Made by a program: the position numbers and the translations under genes | Shown here: in pieces, positions 27,909 to 37,537 of the stretch | How the letters are laid out: each line of letters opens with the position of its first letter | Numbering within the stretch: position 1 is the stretch's first letter | Notes under the pieces: model-generated | What the model saw: only the letters and a program-made list of their open reading frames with translations | The model's database searches: none | Told to the model about the DNA's origin: nothing | NCBI RefSeq assembly: GCF_030530965.1 | Contig: NZ_JAUMTY010000004.1 | Span: 12,057 to 76,056 of the forward strand | Direction of reading: 5' to 3' | Source of the DNA: Corynebacterium sp. | GTDB lineage: Bacteria; Actinomycetota; Actinomycetes; Mycobacteriales; Mycobacteriaceae | Length of the DNA stretch: 64,000 nucleotides

Positions 27909-28853
27909 ATGGAACCCATGACTTCAGCGGAGCCGACACCACTTCATGACATGGCCCCACCGTCGGACCCCATCCTGATGGGCTTCCGGGCGGATCGCGG
28001 AACCCCCGAACTCCTGGGGCGCGAATGGGGGTACGGGTGGAAAGTCCAATCCGCCGTTCTTCGGCGCGCGCATCATGCCGATACGGCAATTTGGTCGGCG
28101 AAAATGCGGCACAAGTTGAAGCCATCGGGGATCGGTGTTGTTCGACCACTGAGCTCGTCTGATGGGCGCTACATTCTCGGAGGGTGGCACGCGGACACAT
28201 GGGTACAGGGGCATCCCGCTCCTCGGTTTGATGAAATCGCCGCCGCATCGCTCCTTCTGTCGGAATCGATCGACCAGGCAATGGGGGTAGGCGGAAACGA
28301 CCGTTTCAGCGAGAACCCACTTCCGCAAATTGACCTCGACGAACGGCCGTGGACGACGCAACACCTCTTCGCCGCAGCTGATCAGGCGGCGTTCTCCGAG
28401 GACCCATCGCAGGTGATCGCGCCGGGTCTCGACGTCTCCGCAGTGGCGAGTTCCACCGTTGCTCAAGCATTGGAGTTGGCGTCCTCGGTGGCGGCATTGC
28501 GCGACGAGGTGCGGGCCCCTAACCGTGTGGTGTCCTCGGACATGGTCGGGACGACGGTGTTCGATGGGTCCTCTCCGGCCGTCGTGACCGAGATTCCGCC
28601 TGTGTTCCATCCGCATGCATGGCCCGTCGCGTTGACCGTCGTCGATGGCATGGCCTGGGGAAATGCCGACGACGGTTTGGCGTCGCGGTGGTCACATCTG
28701 CCGGACTTCGACGAAATGATGGTTCGCGCGGTGCTCTATCGATTGTTCGTCCACGCCTTGCATCCCGATGCTAAGGAGAGCTCACTCGTGGGGCTGGGGC
28801 GCATGGTTGAGGTCGTCCGTGCGCGTCGCGGTTCTGGGGCGCGTACGTCGTAG
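27909..28853 (+). CDS. conserved actinobacterial hypothetical protein (Rv3205c-like)
   Basis: Coherent 314-aa ORF in conserved position upstream of adnA. Confidence 0.5.
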   Translation: MEPMTSAEPTPLHDMAPPSDPILMGFRADRGTPELLGREWGYGWKVQSAVLRRAHHADTAIWSAKMRHKLKPSGIGVVRPLSSSDGRYILGGWHADTWVQGHPAPRFDEIAAASLLLSESIDQAMGVGGNDRFSENPLPQIDLDERPWTTQHLFAAADQAAFSEDPSQVIAPGLDVSAVASSTVAQALELASSVAALRDEVRAPNRVVSSDMVGTTVFDGSSPAVVTEIPPVFHPHAWPVALTVVDGMAWGNADDGLASRWSHLPDFDEMMVRAVLYRLFVHALHPDAKESSLVGLGRMVEVVRARRGSGARTS

Positions 28854-28936
28854 GGCAGTGGTTGCGTCGAGCGTTTCTAGGTGACGTGAACAAAAAATGA
28901 TCTAGCGTGTCCTAACCAAGTGCAATAATCAGCACC

Positions 28937-31900
28937 ATGTTGACATCGACGCCTACACGGAGTCCGCTCCACATCCACCCGACTAAAGAAACTGCCGCTC
29001 ACACTGAATTCCAGTGGCAGGGGACAGCATCGGACGTTATCAACTCAGCAGGCTCTTCATCAGGGACTTTTGTGGTAAAAGGCGGACCCGGTGCCGGGCG
29101 TTCGTCGTTTTTACGGGATGCTGCCCGGGCAGAGATTATGGCCGGCACAAATCCGGATTCGATCTTATTTCTCACTGCGTCGAAAGAGGCTGCTGTACGG
29201 ACTAATCGGTGGCTTTTAAGTGCAATCGAACAAGGATTCGATAATGATACTGCGATAGAGAGAGTGTTTTCCGGATCGATCGCCCGGTCGGTGCACTCGT
29301 TTGCTTTTGCTATATTACGCCATCAAGCGGCGCATACACCGGGACTGCTTGCTCCGCGCTTGTTAACAGGTGCAGAGCATGACTCTCTGGTTCGTGACAT
29401 GCTCCGTGAGCACAGCGAAAGAGGGGCGGATATATGGCCAGAGCGGTTGCGACCTGCTCTGACAACTCTTGGTTTTGCCCGTCAGCTCCGGGACTTTTTG
29501 CTGCGTGTGGCTGAGCGGGGGTGTACATCGAAGGAACTTCGGCAGTATGGCCAGGATTGCTCTCGTGATGAATGGAGTGCTGCCGCTGACTTTTACGATG
29601 AGTATCGGGCCACGGCTCGCCTCATGGGGTCGAATGCTCTTAACGCGTCAGAGCTTGTCCGCGCCGCAGTTGATGCCCTTGATAATGATGAAGAATTAGC
29701 AGAGTCGTTAAGCTTCGATGTCATTCTTATCGACGATTCCCAGTTCTTCGATCCCCTGTCGTCAGAGTTGGTGGAACGCTTCCGATCTCGTGCGCGGCTA
29801 ACGCTAGTTGCTAGCGAGCAATCAGAATCAGTGTTTCGATTCCGTGGTGGCAGCACGACGTACGCGGACAAACTGGCGAAAACAGAAAATACTATCGATT
29901 TGCCGGGGAGCAAACGACTGGCTCCTCCAGTAGCCGAACTGGCTGCCCGCGTAGCCGACGCGACCCGCCATCCCGAAAGCTTAAGGTGGGCGAAAGAAAT
30001 CCGTCATCAGGACGCCGAGTGGTTATCCCACCATAGTGCCGAGCCTGGTGACGCCCATGTGCGGGTTCTCGTTTCACCATCGGCCGAGGTTGCTGCGGTG
30101 GTGGATCGCGTTCGGCGCGCCCATATCGTCGATAAGATTCCGTGGAAAGACATTGCCGTTATTGTTCGTTCGAAGGGGCAAGCTGCACCGATGAGGCGGG
30201 GTCTGTTGGCGGCGGGGGTGCCAGTAGCTGATGATCCCACGGAGATTGTCTTGTCTGAGCAACCGATGGTTCGGGCAATTCTTCAAGCTGTCAGGTGCGC
30301 GGTTGGTGAAGACCTTACAAACGACGAGCTTGAACGAATGGTCCTCAGCCCGATCGGTGGCGGAGACCCCATTACCTTCCGCCGTATTTTGCGTGGTCTT
30401 CGGCGTGGGTTCATGAAAGTTGAGTTTGGTAATCCCGTAAGAGCGGCTGAACTGACGGCCATGATTACGACCGACGATGAAGATTACGCCCGCTCGGTTT
30501 TTCGCGCGATTGATGCCCTGCGGTTCATTCTCTTAGGTGGTGAGCTTATTGATCTCACAGAGAACCTCACTGCCCGGGAAAAAGATCTGATCATGCGGGT
30601 GCGCAGTGTCATTCAAGCTGGTCAGAAAGCTTTCCACGACGGTGAGAGTGTTGAGGCAATCTTATGGGCGGTATGGGATGCAGCTGATTTGTCGGAAGCG
30701 TTGGCTAATCAATCGCTACGGGGCGGTGCTGTGGGATCGATGGCCGACCAGCATTTGGACGCTGTCATGTCTTTATTTGACGCCGCTGGGGATTATGTCG
30801 AACGTCATCCACACAGCACGATAACCTCATTTGTTCGATTTATCGTGGAACAAGAATTACCGACGGGGGCCCGTGATAGACGGGGACCTGTTCGAGAAGC
30901 GGTCGACGTGTCTCCGGCCCACGCCACCGTAGGAAAAGAGTGGGATACCGTCGTCGTTGCTGGTTTACAGGAAGATGTATGGCCGTCGCTGTCCGAGACG
31001 GGAACTATTTTTCGACAAGAAGAATTTGTTGATTTCCTAGATCGTGGTGTTGAACCAGGGCGTCCCGAGAATAGGCGTGGCCGCTATGACGATCGTTTGG
31101 CTGAAGAGCGCCGCCTATTCTTGGTAGCAGTGACACGCGCACGTCGATCCTTGTTGGTCACAGCTGTAGGACCTCATGTTTCGGATGATGGAACAGTTGA
31201 TAGCGATGCAGATACCCGCTCTCGTTTCTTGGAGGAGATTTCTGGCGGTCATGGTTTAGTGAGTTCGGACGTTGAGAACGATACTGAGTCCTCAGATAGT
31301 GCTGACTTACGAACTCTTAAAAGCGCTGGTGGAGCGCACACTCAGTCTCCGCTGTCAACGCTCCCAGAATGCGAATTTCCACGAGTTTTATCACCGGATT
31401 CCCTCATTGCTGAGCTTAGGCGCGTAGTTGAGTCCGAGGACGCACCTAGCCATGAGCGGCACCACGCTGCACGGCAACTAGCCCGTCTGGCTTTAGCTGC
31501 AGGTGACGCTCCTTCCCGGGAATCCGTGATCACCGCGGCTAACCCTGATCATTGGTGGGGTGTTCAGGAGTTATCGACAACTGAGAGTCTGCATGACCCT
31601 GAGACTGCGTACTTTATTAGTCCATCTCAGGTGGAAAGGTACCTCGAATGCCCGCTTGAGGCTTTTCTACAGAGCGTCGAAACCTCAGGTCGTGATACTA
31701 GTGCAACCCTGCTAGGCACATTAACCCACATGGCAGCTGAGGCTATGGAGCGCGGGGTTGATGAGGGGGACGTTCGCGATGTCTTTTTAGCGACAGTACC
31801 TCGTCTTTTAGGGGCTCTTACGTGGAAAAAGGGCGATCAAATTGATAAGTGGACGGACATGTTCGACCGTCTGGTGGAAAAGCTACATCTTCGATATGCG

Positions 31901-32464
31901 GCTGTAACCGGTCACGCAGAGGTTGAACAAGTAATTGAGTCCCTCATCGGCCAGACAAACTCAGGCGACGATGTCTATGTCAGAGGGAAGATTGATCGTC
32001 TCGAAATCAGTGACGATGGAAAGTACTACATCATCGATTTCAAAACAGGTAATCAGGTAGCGAGCGATATACCTGAGAATCCACAACTCAAGACTTATCA
32101 GACCGCGGTGGCCAAATCGGTAGATCAGCAGAATACCAGCTCCAGCTCTGTGTCCTCTCCGCCTTCGTCTCATATGCCGGAGAAAAGCTCAGCGGACAAT
32201 TGTTTGGCAGGCGCTGAACTTATTTATCCGCATAAAAAACCGCGGAAGCCTACTGTCCAGGACCCGTTGACTAACGACGACGTTAACGCTTGGGCAAGGC
32301 AGCTCGTTGATCTTGCACTTGTTATGGCGGGCCCGTACTTCGCTGGCAGTGCTGATTCTCAACCCGATCAGAGCTCTCGCTCTCGTTCTCTGAGCCGTGT
32401 GCTAGTCGGAAAATCCGCGTTGGCTCCGAGTTTCACCCCGTCGAATATCGAAGACGCGGATTAG
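28937..32464 (+). CDS. adnA: helicase-nuclease AdnA (UvrD-like motor plus RecB-type nuclease). Walker A lysine replaced by Arg
   Basis: VKGGPGAGRSSF (GxxxxGR(S) instead of GK(T)). C-terminal nuclease motif YIIDFKTG. Confidence 0.8.
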   Translation: MLTSTPTRSPLHIHPTKETAAHTEFQWQGTASDVINSAGSSSGTFVVKGGPGAGRSSFLRDAARAEIMAGTNPDSILFLTASKEAAVRTNRWLLSAIEQGFDNDTAIERVFSGSIARSVHSFAFAILRHQAAHTPGLLAPRLLTGAEHDSLVRDMLREHSERGADIWPERLRPALTTLGFARQLRDFLLRVAERGCTSKELRQYGQDCSRDEWSAAADFYDEYRATARLMGSNALNASELVRAAVDALDNDEELAESLSFDVILIDDSQFFDPLSSELVERFRSRARLTLVASEQSESVFRFRGGSTTYADKLAKTENTIDLPGSKRLAPPVAELAARVADATRHPESLRWAKEIRHQDAEWLSHHSAEPGDAHVRVLVSPSAEVAAVVDRVRRAHIVDKIPWKDIAVIVRSKGQAAPMRRGLLAAGVPVADDPTEIVLSEQPMVRAILQAVRCAVGEDLTNDELERMVLSPIGGGDPITFRRILRGLRRGFMKVEFGNPVRAAELTAMITTDDEDYARSVFRAIDALRFILLGGELIDLTENLTAREKDLIMRVRSVIQAGQKAFHDGESVEAILWAVWDAADLSEALANQSLRGGAVGSMADQHLDAVMSLFDAAGDYVERHPHSTITSFVRFIVEQELPTGARDRRGPVREAVDVSPAHATVGKEWDTVVVAGLQEDVWPSLSETGTIFRQEEFVDFLDRGVEPGRPENRRGRYDDRLAEERRLFLVAVTRARRSLLVTAVGPHVSDDGTVDSDADTRSRFLEEISGGHGLVSSDVENDTESSDSADLRTLKSAGGAHTQSPLSTLPECEFPRVLSPDSLIAELRRVVESEDAPSHERHHAARQLARLALAAGDAPSRESVITAANPDHWWGVQELSTTESLHDPETAYFISPSQVERYLECPLEAFLQSVETSGRDTSATLLGTLTHMAAEAMERGVDEGDVRDVFLATVPRLLGALTWKKGDQIDKWTDMFDRLVEKLHLRYAAVTGHAEVEQVIESLIGQTNSGDDVYVRGKIDRLEISDDGKYYIIDFKTGNQVASDIPENPQLKTYQTAVAKSVDQQNTSSSSVSSPPSSHMPEKSSADNCLAGAELIYPHKKPRKPTVQDPLTNDDVNAWARQLVDLALVMAGPYFAGSADSQPDQSSRSRSLSRVLVGKSALAPSFTPSNIEDAD

Positions 32465-32531
32465 CTCTATTTCGAGGTCTACGTCTTCGATGGTTAGCAC
32501 TATTTTCCATCAAACATACTTGTGAACACCG

Positions 32532-35500
32532 TTGTTAAAAAGATTGGACGATATCACCATGTCCCACATTCTCGATGGGATTGTCTTTCACGCGAAAGAC
32601 ATTGCTGAGGCGTTACACCGCCCTGCACCAACACGCGAGCAAACCGCTGTTATTGAGGCAGATTTAGAGCCACAGCTCATTGTCGCGGGCGCAGGTGCTG
32701 GAAAGACTGAGACCATGGCAGCACGTGCGGTCTTTCTCGTCGCTAATGGATGGGTTTCCACGGACCAAATACTGGGCTTAACATTCACCCGAAAAGCTGC
32801 GGGTGAACTTAATGCTCGTATTCGTCACCGTCTCACTCAACTGGCAGCGAGCGACCTCATCCAGTCACTTCCGCCGAATGACCAACGCCGGAAAAACATG
32901 CAGGATATCCAGCAAACGGTCGTGACCTATGACTCCTTTATGCAGAAGGTCGTTCATGAATTTGGTCTCCTCTTGCCTATCGAACCAGCTGCTCAAGTGG
33001 CTGATGGTCCGGAACAATGGTTAACCGCTAACCGAGTCATCAGCGATATCGGATACAAGGATGAGATTGATGACTGTAGCTTTTCACAGGCACAATCCAC
33101 GGCCAGACAATATATGCTCGAGCTGTCTGAAGCGATGGACAACCACCTGGCGACTCCTCAACAAGTGATTGGCGAATCCCGGGCATTTATTGACAATGTC
33201 GTGAACGCAGAAGGAGTTATCTCTACACGCGGTGCAAACCGCGGCAGGTTGAAAAGCGATGTAAGTAAACTTTGTACACCTCATGAAGATCGCTTGATGC
33301 TTCTGAAGTATCAGCAAGAGTTCTATAAGAGACTCTCTGACAAACTGCTGATGACGTATGGACAAATTACTGCAAAAGCTACGCAGCTAGTCCGAAAGTA
33401 CCCCGAGATAGGACGGGAATTACGCACGCGGTACCGAGCTATTTTCCTTGACGAGTATCAGGACACCAACCACGCGCAGCATGCTTTTTTAAGTAGTCTT
33501 TTTGGTTCTCAGTCTGACTTAGCAGACACGGGTTCAATCGATAAACCTGTTGGGGTGACAGCGGTGGGGGACCCGATGCAAAGTATCTATGGTTTTCGTG
33601 GTGCAAGCCCCGGCAACTTGTATCAATTCCTGGATGATTTTCCCCGGTATCAGGGTGGTGTTCTTGTCCCCTGTGAAAAGAGGGCTCTCTCTCAATCATT
33701 TCGCAACCCGGATGAAGTACTCGAACTAGCCAATGCTGTATCGCACGATGCCTTGTCTGGTGGGGAAGGCTGTGGCTTTGATGCTGTTGAAGCTGACTCT
33801 TCGGCACTTGTACCGACGTTGAGTAGCGGTAAAAAAGGTAGCGCTGGGGTCGTCTCCGTGAAATGGGCTCTAGATGAGCGCGATGAAGTCGAGTGGGTTG
33901 CCGACGTTTTTGAACAGGAATACCGATCTGCGATGCAGAATAAGTCACAAGGTGAGCCAACTAAGCCATTTACAGGCGCGATCCTTGTGCGAAAAAACGA
34001 CCACATAACCCCATTTGCTGAAGCTCTTATGAGGCGGGGCATTCCCGTTGGTATGTCGCCAGACTCACTCTATGACATCCCCGAAGTTAGGGAGGTTTTG
34101 TCTGTACTGCGAGTAGTGGTTGATCCAAGTGATGATGAAGCCACGCTCGAAGTGCTGAGTAGTCCGCGATGGCGGATGGGAACCCGGGATATTAAGGCAC
34201 TCAGTAACCGGGCCAAGGACCTTGCTCGGGGATCCGACAATCAATCCGGGTCGAGGAAATCGAAACACAAAGAAATTGATTCCATCGAAGTATTTGAAGA
34301 AAAAGCTAACGAGCTTGAACTTCCGGGAGATGGAACTGAAGTTAGTCTGGCTGATGCAATTGCAGACCTTGGAATATCATCAGGCCAGGGGAATGAATCG
34401 GCCTTCAGCGATGAAGGGCGCATGCGGGTACAGGCATTATCAGCTGAACTGCGGTGGCTGCGTCGGCAGAGTATGACGGTGCCGCTTCCGGACCTTCTTG
34501 CCCAAATTGAGAGCACCTTAAGCATCAGAACTGAGGTGCTTGCTCGCCAAGATCCGTCCGAGGACGGGGCTGCGGGAACCATTCACCTTGATCGACTACG
34601 TGATGTCGCCGAAGACTTCACAGCACGTGGGGGAAGTACACAGGAATTTCTCGAGTACCTAAGAGCGGCGGATGAGGCACCGGGAACGACTATAGAAGCC
34701 GGAGAAGTCTCTGTTCATTCGGATCAGGTTCAAATTCTCACTGTTCACAGTGCGAAGGGATTGGAATGGGATGTCGTTGCTGTTCCGTTTTGTGATGACT
34801 CCACGTATAACAGTCCAGATCTAAGTTCAGGTTCGAAGCAGAAGAAGGGGAAGAAAAAAGGAAACTGGACCGGGACGTGGCTGCGAAGCTCGAAAATCCT
34901 CCCCTCCGCGCTCCGAGGCGATCCCCGTTCACCCGCTAACCCACTAGGCTTCCCCGTATTCAAGGACACCGAGCTGGCGACATGGAAGGACATTCAGTCG
35001 GCAGAAAAAGAATATAAAAAAGAGATTGAGAGCGTTGACATAAGGGATTCTGATTTCCTCTTTTACGTAGCCATCACTAGGAGCGCGCGCCGACTGCTTG
35101 TTTCCGGGCACAGCGTTAACCCGGCTAGCAAAAACTACCTTCAGAAGTCACACCGCTTCCTTCAGGTCCAGAACATCGTCGCAGGCAAATTGGGCATTGA
35201 CGTCAATGCGCGTTTCGAAGAACTCCAAGCAACTCATGCAGACGAGCCACTCCGCATTACAGCAAATTCCGGCGGAGAGCACCCAACGTGGAGCATCGAC
35301 CTCACGGAACCGCCTTTAGAGACCGCGAGTGATGAACCTCAGAGTGAAGCTCCTATATGGCCATCCGATCCGCTAGGAGAGCGTCGTGAATCCGTCGACA
35401 AAGCAGCTGAGTTAGTACGGGCAGCTATGGAAGATCTCAAGGCTGAGTCTGCTGACCCCGGAAAGGGCTACACGCCACAGGCGGACCCCGGTACTTTGTC

Positions 35501-36239
35501 CGCCACGTGGGAAAATGAGACCACAGCACTGATTGAAGAAGCACGAGCCGCCTACACGAGCCACACCGATGTTCCCCTCGGGTTGGAGTTGACGACCTCG
35601 GAAATGATGCTAGCGTCAGTTGACCCCGAAGCATTTGCGCGTCGTCGTGCTCGGCCGGTGCCCTTCAAACCCAACCCATACGCCAAGAGAGGCACGGCAT
35701 TTCATAACTGGTTGGAGGCAGAGCTGGGCGGTGCATCTGCGCTCATCGACGATGATGAATTGCTAGGAGCAATGGAGGATAGCGACGACGATATTCCTAT
35801 CTCTCAGCCCGAACTCGATCGCCTCAAAAAAGCATTTATGAAGTCACCATGGGCTGGGAAAACAGCGTGGGACGTTGAACGCCCATTCACCCTGAACCTG
35901 GGAGGCTACTTCATTCGTGGCCGCATGGATGCCATCTTCAAGAGCGAGAAGAATGGCACACCAGAATGGTTCATCGTCGACTGGAAGACCGGTAAGAAAC
36001 CTACTGGTCAAGATATGAAAAGAGCAGAGATCCAACTCGCGATGTATAAAGAAGCCCTGCGCCGACAGTTAGCTGACACAGGCATACCGAACGCCACTAT
36101 CAGGGCAGCTTTTCACTACGTCAGGCTCAACGAGACCTACGAACCCACTGACTTACCATCCCCGGACGAACTCGCTCAGAGTGTCCTTTCTACACTGGAC
36201 GACTCAGATAATGAACAATCTGGCGATAGTATGCAGTGA
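32532..36239 (+). CDS. adnB: helicase-nuclease AdnB (UvrD-like motor plus RecB-type nuclease)
   Basis: GAGAGKTETM Walker A. DEYQDTN. C-terminal nuclease FIVDWKTGKKP. Alternative start 32559. Confidence 0.85.
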   Translation: MLKRLDDITMSHILDGIVFHAKDIAEALHRPAPTREQTAVIEADLEPQLIVAGAGAGKTETMAARAVFLVANGWVSTDQILGLTFTRKAAGELNARIRHRLTQLAASDLIQSLPPNDQRRKNMQDIQQTVVTYDSFMQKVVHEFGLLLPIEPAAQVADGPEQWLTANRVISDIGYKDEIDDCSFSQAQSTARQYMLELSEAMDNHLATPQQVIGESRAFIDNVVNAEGVISTRGANRGRLKSDVSKLCTPHEDRLMLLKYQQEFYKRLSDKLLMTYGQITAKATQLVRKYPEIGRELRTRYRAIFLDEYQDTNHAQHAFLSSLFGSQSDLADTGSIDKPVGVTAVGDPMQSIYGFRGASPGNLYQFLDDFPRYQGGVLVPCEKRALSQSFRNPDEVLELANAVSHDALSGGEGCGFDAVEADSSALVPTLSSGKKGSAGVVSVKWALDERDEVEWVADVFEQEYRSAMQNKSQGEPTKPFTGAILVRKNDHITPFAEALMRRGIPVGMSPDSLYDIPEVREVLSVLRVVVDPSDDEATLEVLSSPRWRMGTRDIKALSNRAKDLARGSDNQSGSRKSKHKEIDSIEVFEEKANELELPGDGTEVSLADAIADLGISSGQGNESAFSDEGRMRVQALSAELRWLRRQSMTVPLPDLLAQIESTLSIRTEVLARQDPSEDGAAGTIHLDRLRDVAEDFTARGGSTQEFLEYLRAADEAPGTTIEAGEVSVHSDQVQILTVHSAKGLEWDVVAVPFCDDSTYNSPDLSSGSKQKKGKKKGNWTGTWLRSSKILPSALRGDPRSPANPLGFPVFKDTELATWKDIQSAEKEYKKEIESVDIRDSDFLFYVAITRSARRLLVSGHSVNPASKNYLQKSHRFLQVQNIVAGKLGIDVNARFEELQATHADEPLRITANSGGEHPTWSIDLTEPPLETASDEPQSEAPIWPSDPLGERRESVDKAAELVRAAMEDLKAESADPGKGYTPQADPGTLSATWENETTALIEEARAAYTSHTDVPLGLELTTSEMMLASVDPEAFARRRARPVPFKPNPYAKRGTAFHNWLEAELGGASALIDDDELLGAMEDSDDDIPISQPELDRLKKAFMKSPWAGKTAWDVERPFTLNLGGYFIRGRMDAIFKSEKNGTPEWFIVDWKTGKKPTGQDMKRAEIQLAMYKEALRRQLADTGIPNATIRAAFHYVRLNETYEPTDLPSPDELAQSVLSTLDDSDNEQSGDSMQ

Positions 36240-36369
36240 GTAACCGTGTGAACGTGCGACGTAATGGGGGAGGACAGTTTGCACCTGCCCCTGAAATTAG
36301 CCACGTTCCAAGCCAGCACAACGACCACCAGCGAGTAAGGAGAACGAAACGCCATGCGGGTGATGCATA

Positions 36370-37512
36370 ATGCGTGAGCGCTTCAAAGTGCGCGGGGACC
36401 AGGCACCCCTCAACAATTTGCCCGTGCATGCGCTGGTCAACATCGTCCGAATCCCCTCGCAAGCACCGCTGAGCCCGTGGTGGTTGATCGTCCGCCGATT
36501 CTTCTACGCCCTGGTCCTGCTCCTTGTGGCGTCGGTCATTTGTTGGTTGGACAAAGACGGGTACTCAGAGCACCTGACCTTCATCGATGCGCTGTACTAT
36601 TCCACTGTTTCGTTGACGACAACAGGGTATGGCGACATCACGCCCGTCACAGAAAACGCGCGCATTGTCAACATCCTCGTTATCACACCAATGCGTATCG
36701 TATTCCTGGTCTTATTGGTCGGTACGACGCTGTCCGTCTTGACCGAAGCATCCCGTCGAGCATTACAAATCCAAAGGTGGAGGAGACAATTGCGCAACCA
36801 TACCGTCGTCGTCGGCTACGGCACCAAAGGCCGATCCGCCGTCTCTGCCCTCGTTGAGGACGGGGTCCCCCCGAACCAGATCGTCGTCGTCGATACCGAC
36901 AAAGACTCCTTGGCCGCTGCCGAAAACAGAGGCCTCGTGACGGTCAACGGGTCCGCCACCAAAGCCGACGTCCTCCGCCTGGCGGGTGTGTCGCGGGCCC
37001 GGTCCGTGGTTGTCGCACCCAACATGGACGACACCGCCGTCCTCGTCACGCTATCGGTCCGCGAAATTGCCCCCTCCGCCACCATCGTGGCTAGCGTTCG
37101 AGAATCGGAAAACGTCCACTTGGTGCGGCAATCGGGCGCAGACTCAGTCGTCATTTCCTCCGAAACCGCGGGCCGAATGTTGGGCCTGGCCACCATGACC
37201 CCCTCCGTTGTGGAAATGATGGAAGACCTGCTCAGCCCCGACGAAGGATTCTCCATCGCCGAACGCGTCGTACGAGACGACGAAGTCGGCGGCCATCCCA
37301 GGAACCTCTCCGACATCGTGCTCGGCGTGGTGCGGTCCGGCGAGCTGTACCGCATCGATTCCCCCGAAGCCAACGTCGTCGAACAGGGCGACCGGCTGCT
37401 CTACGTGCGGCGCGTGTACCCCGCCGAAGGCAGCGACGGGCAGGGAAATACCCCGCGCAACCCCAGTGCGAAAAATGTGAAACCGCGCAAGTCCGGGGCG
37501 GAAAAGAAATAA
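36370..37512 (+). CDS. potassium channel (2TM pore, TTGYGD filter) with RCK/TrkA-N domain
   Basis: TVSLTTTGYGDITP selectivity filter. Rossmann VVVGYGTKG. Confidence 0.85.
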   Translation: MRERFKVRGDQAPLNNLPVHALVNIVRIPSQAPLSPWWLIVRRFFYALVLLLVASVICWLDKDGYSEHLTFIDALYYSTVSLTTTGYGDITPVTENARIVNILVITPMRIVFLVLLVGTTLSVLTEASRRALQIQRWRRQLRNHTVVVGYGTKGRSAVSALVEDGVPPNQIVVVDTDKDSLAAAENRGLVTVNGSATKADVLRLAGVSRARSVVVAPNMDDTAVLVTLSVREIAPSATIVASVRESENVHLVRQSGADSVVISSETAGRMLGLATMTPSVVEMMEDLLSPDEGFSIAERVVRDDEVGGHPRNLSDIVLGVVRSGELYRIDSPEANVVEQGDRLLYVRRVYPAEGSDGQGNTPRNPSAKNVKPRKSGAEKK

Positions 37513-37537
37513 CAGGATCCTACGACGATGGCCAACC

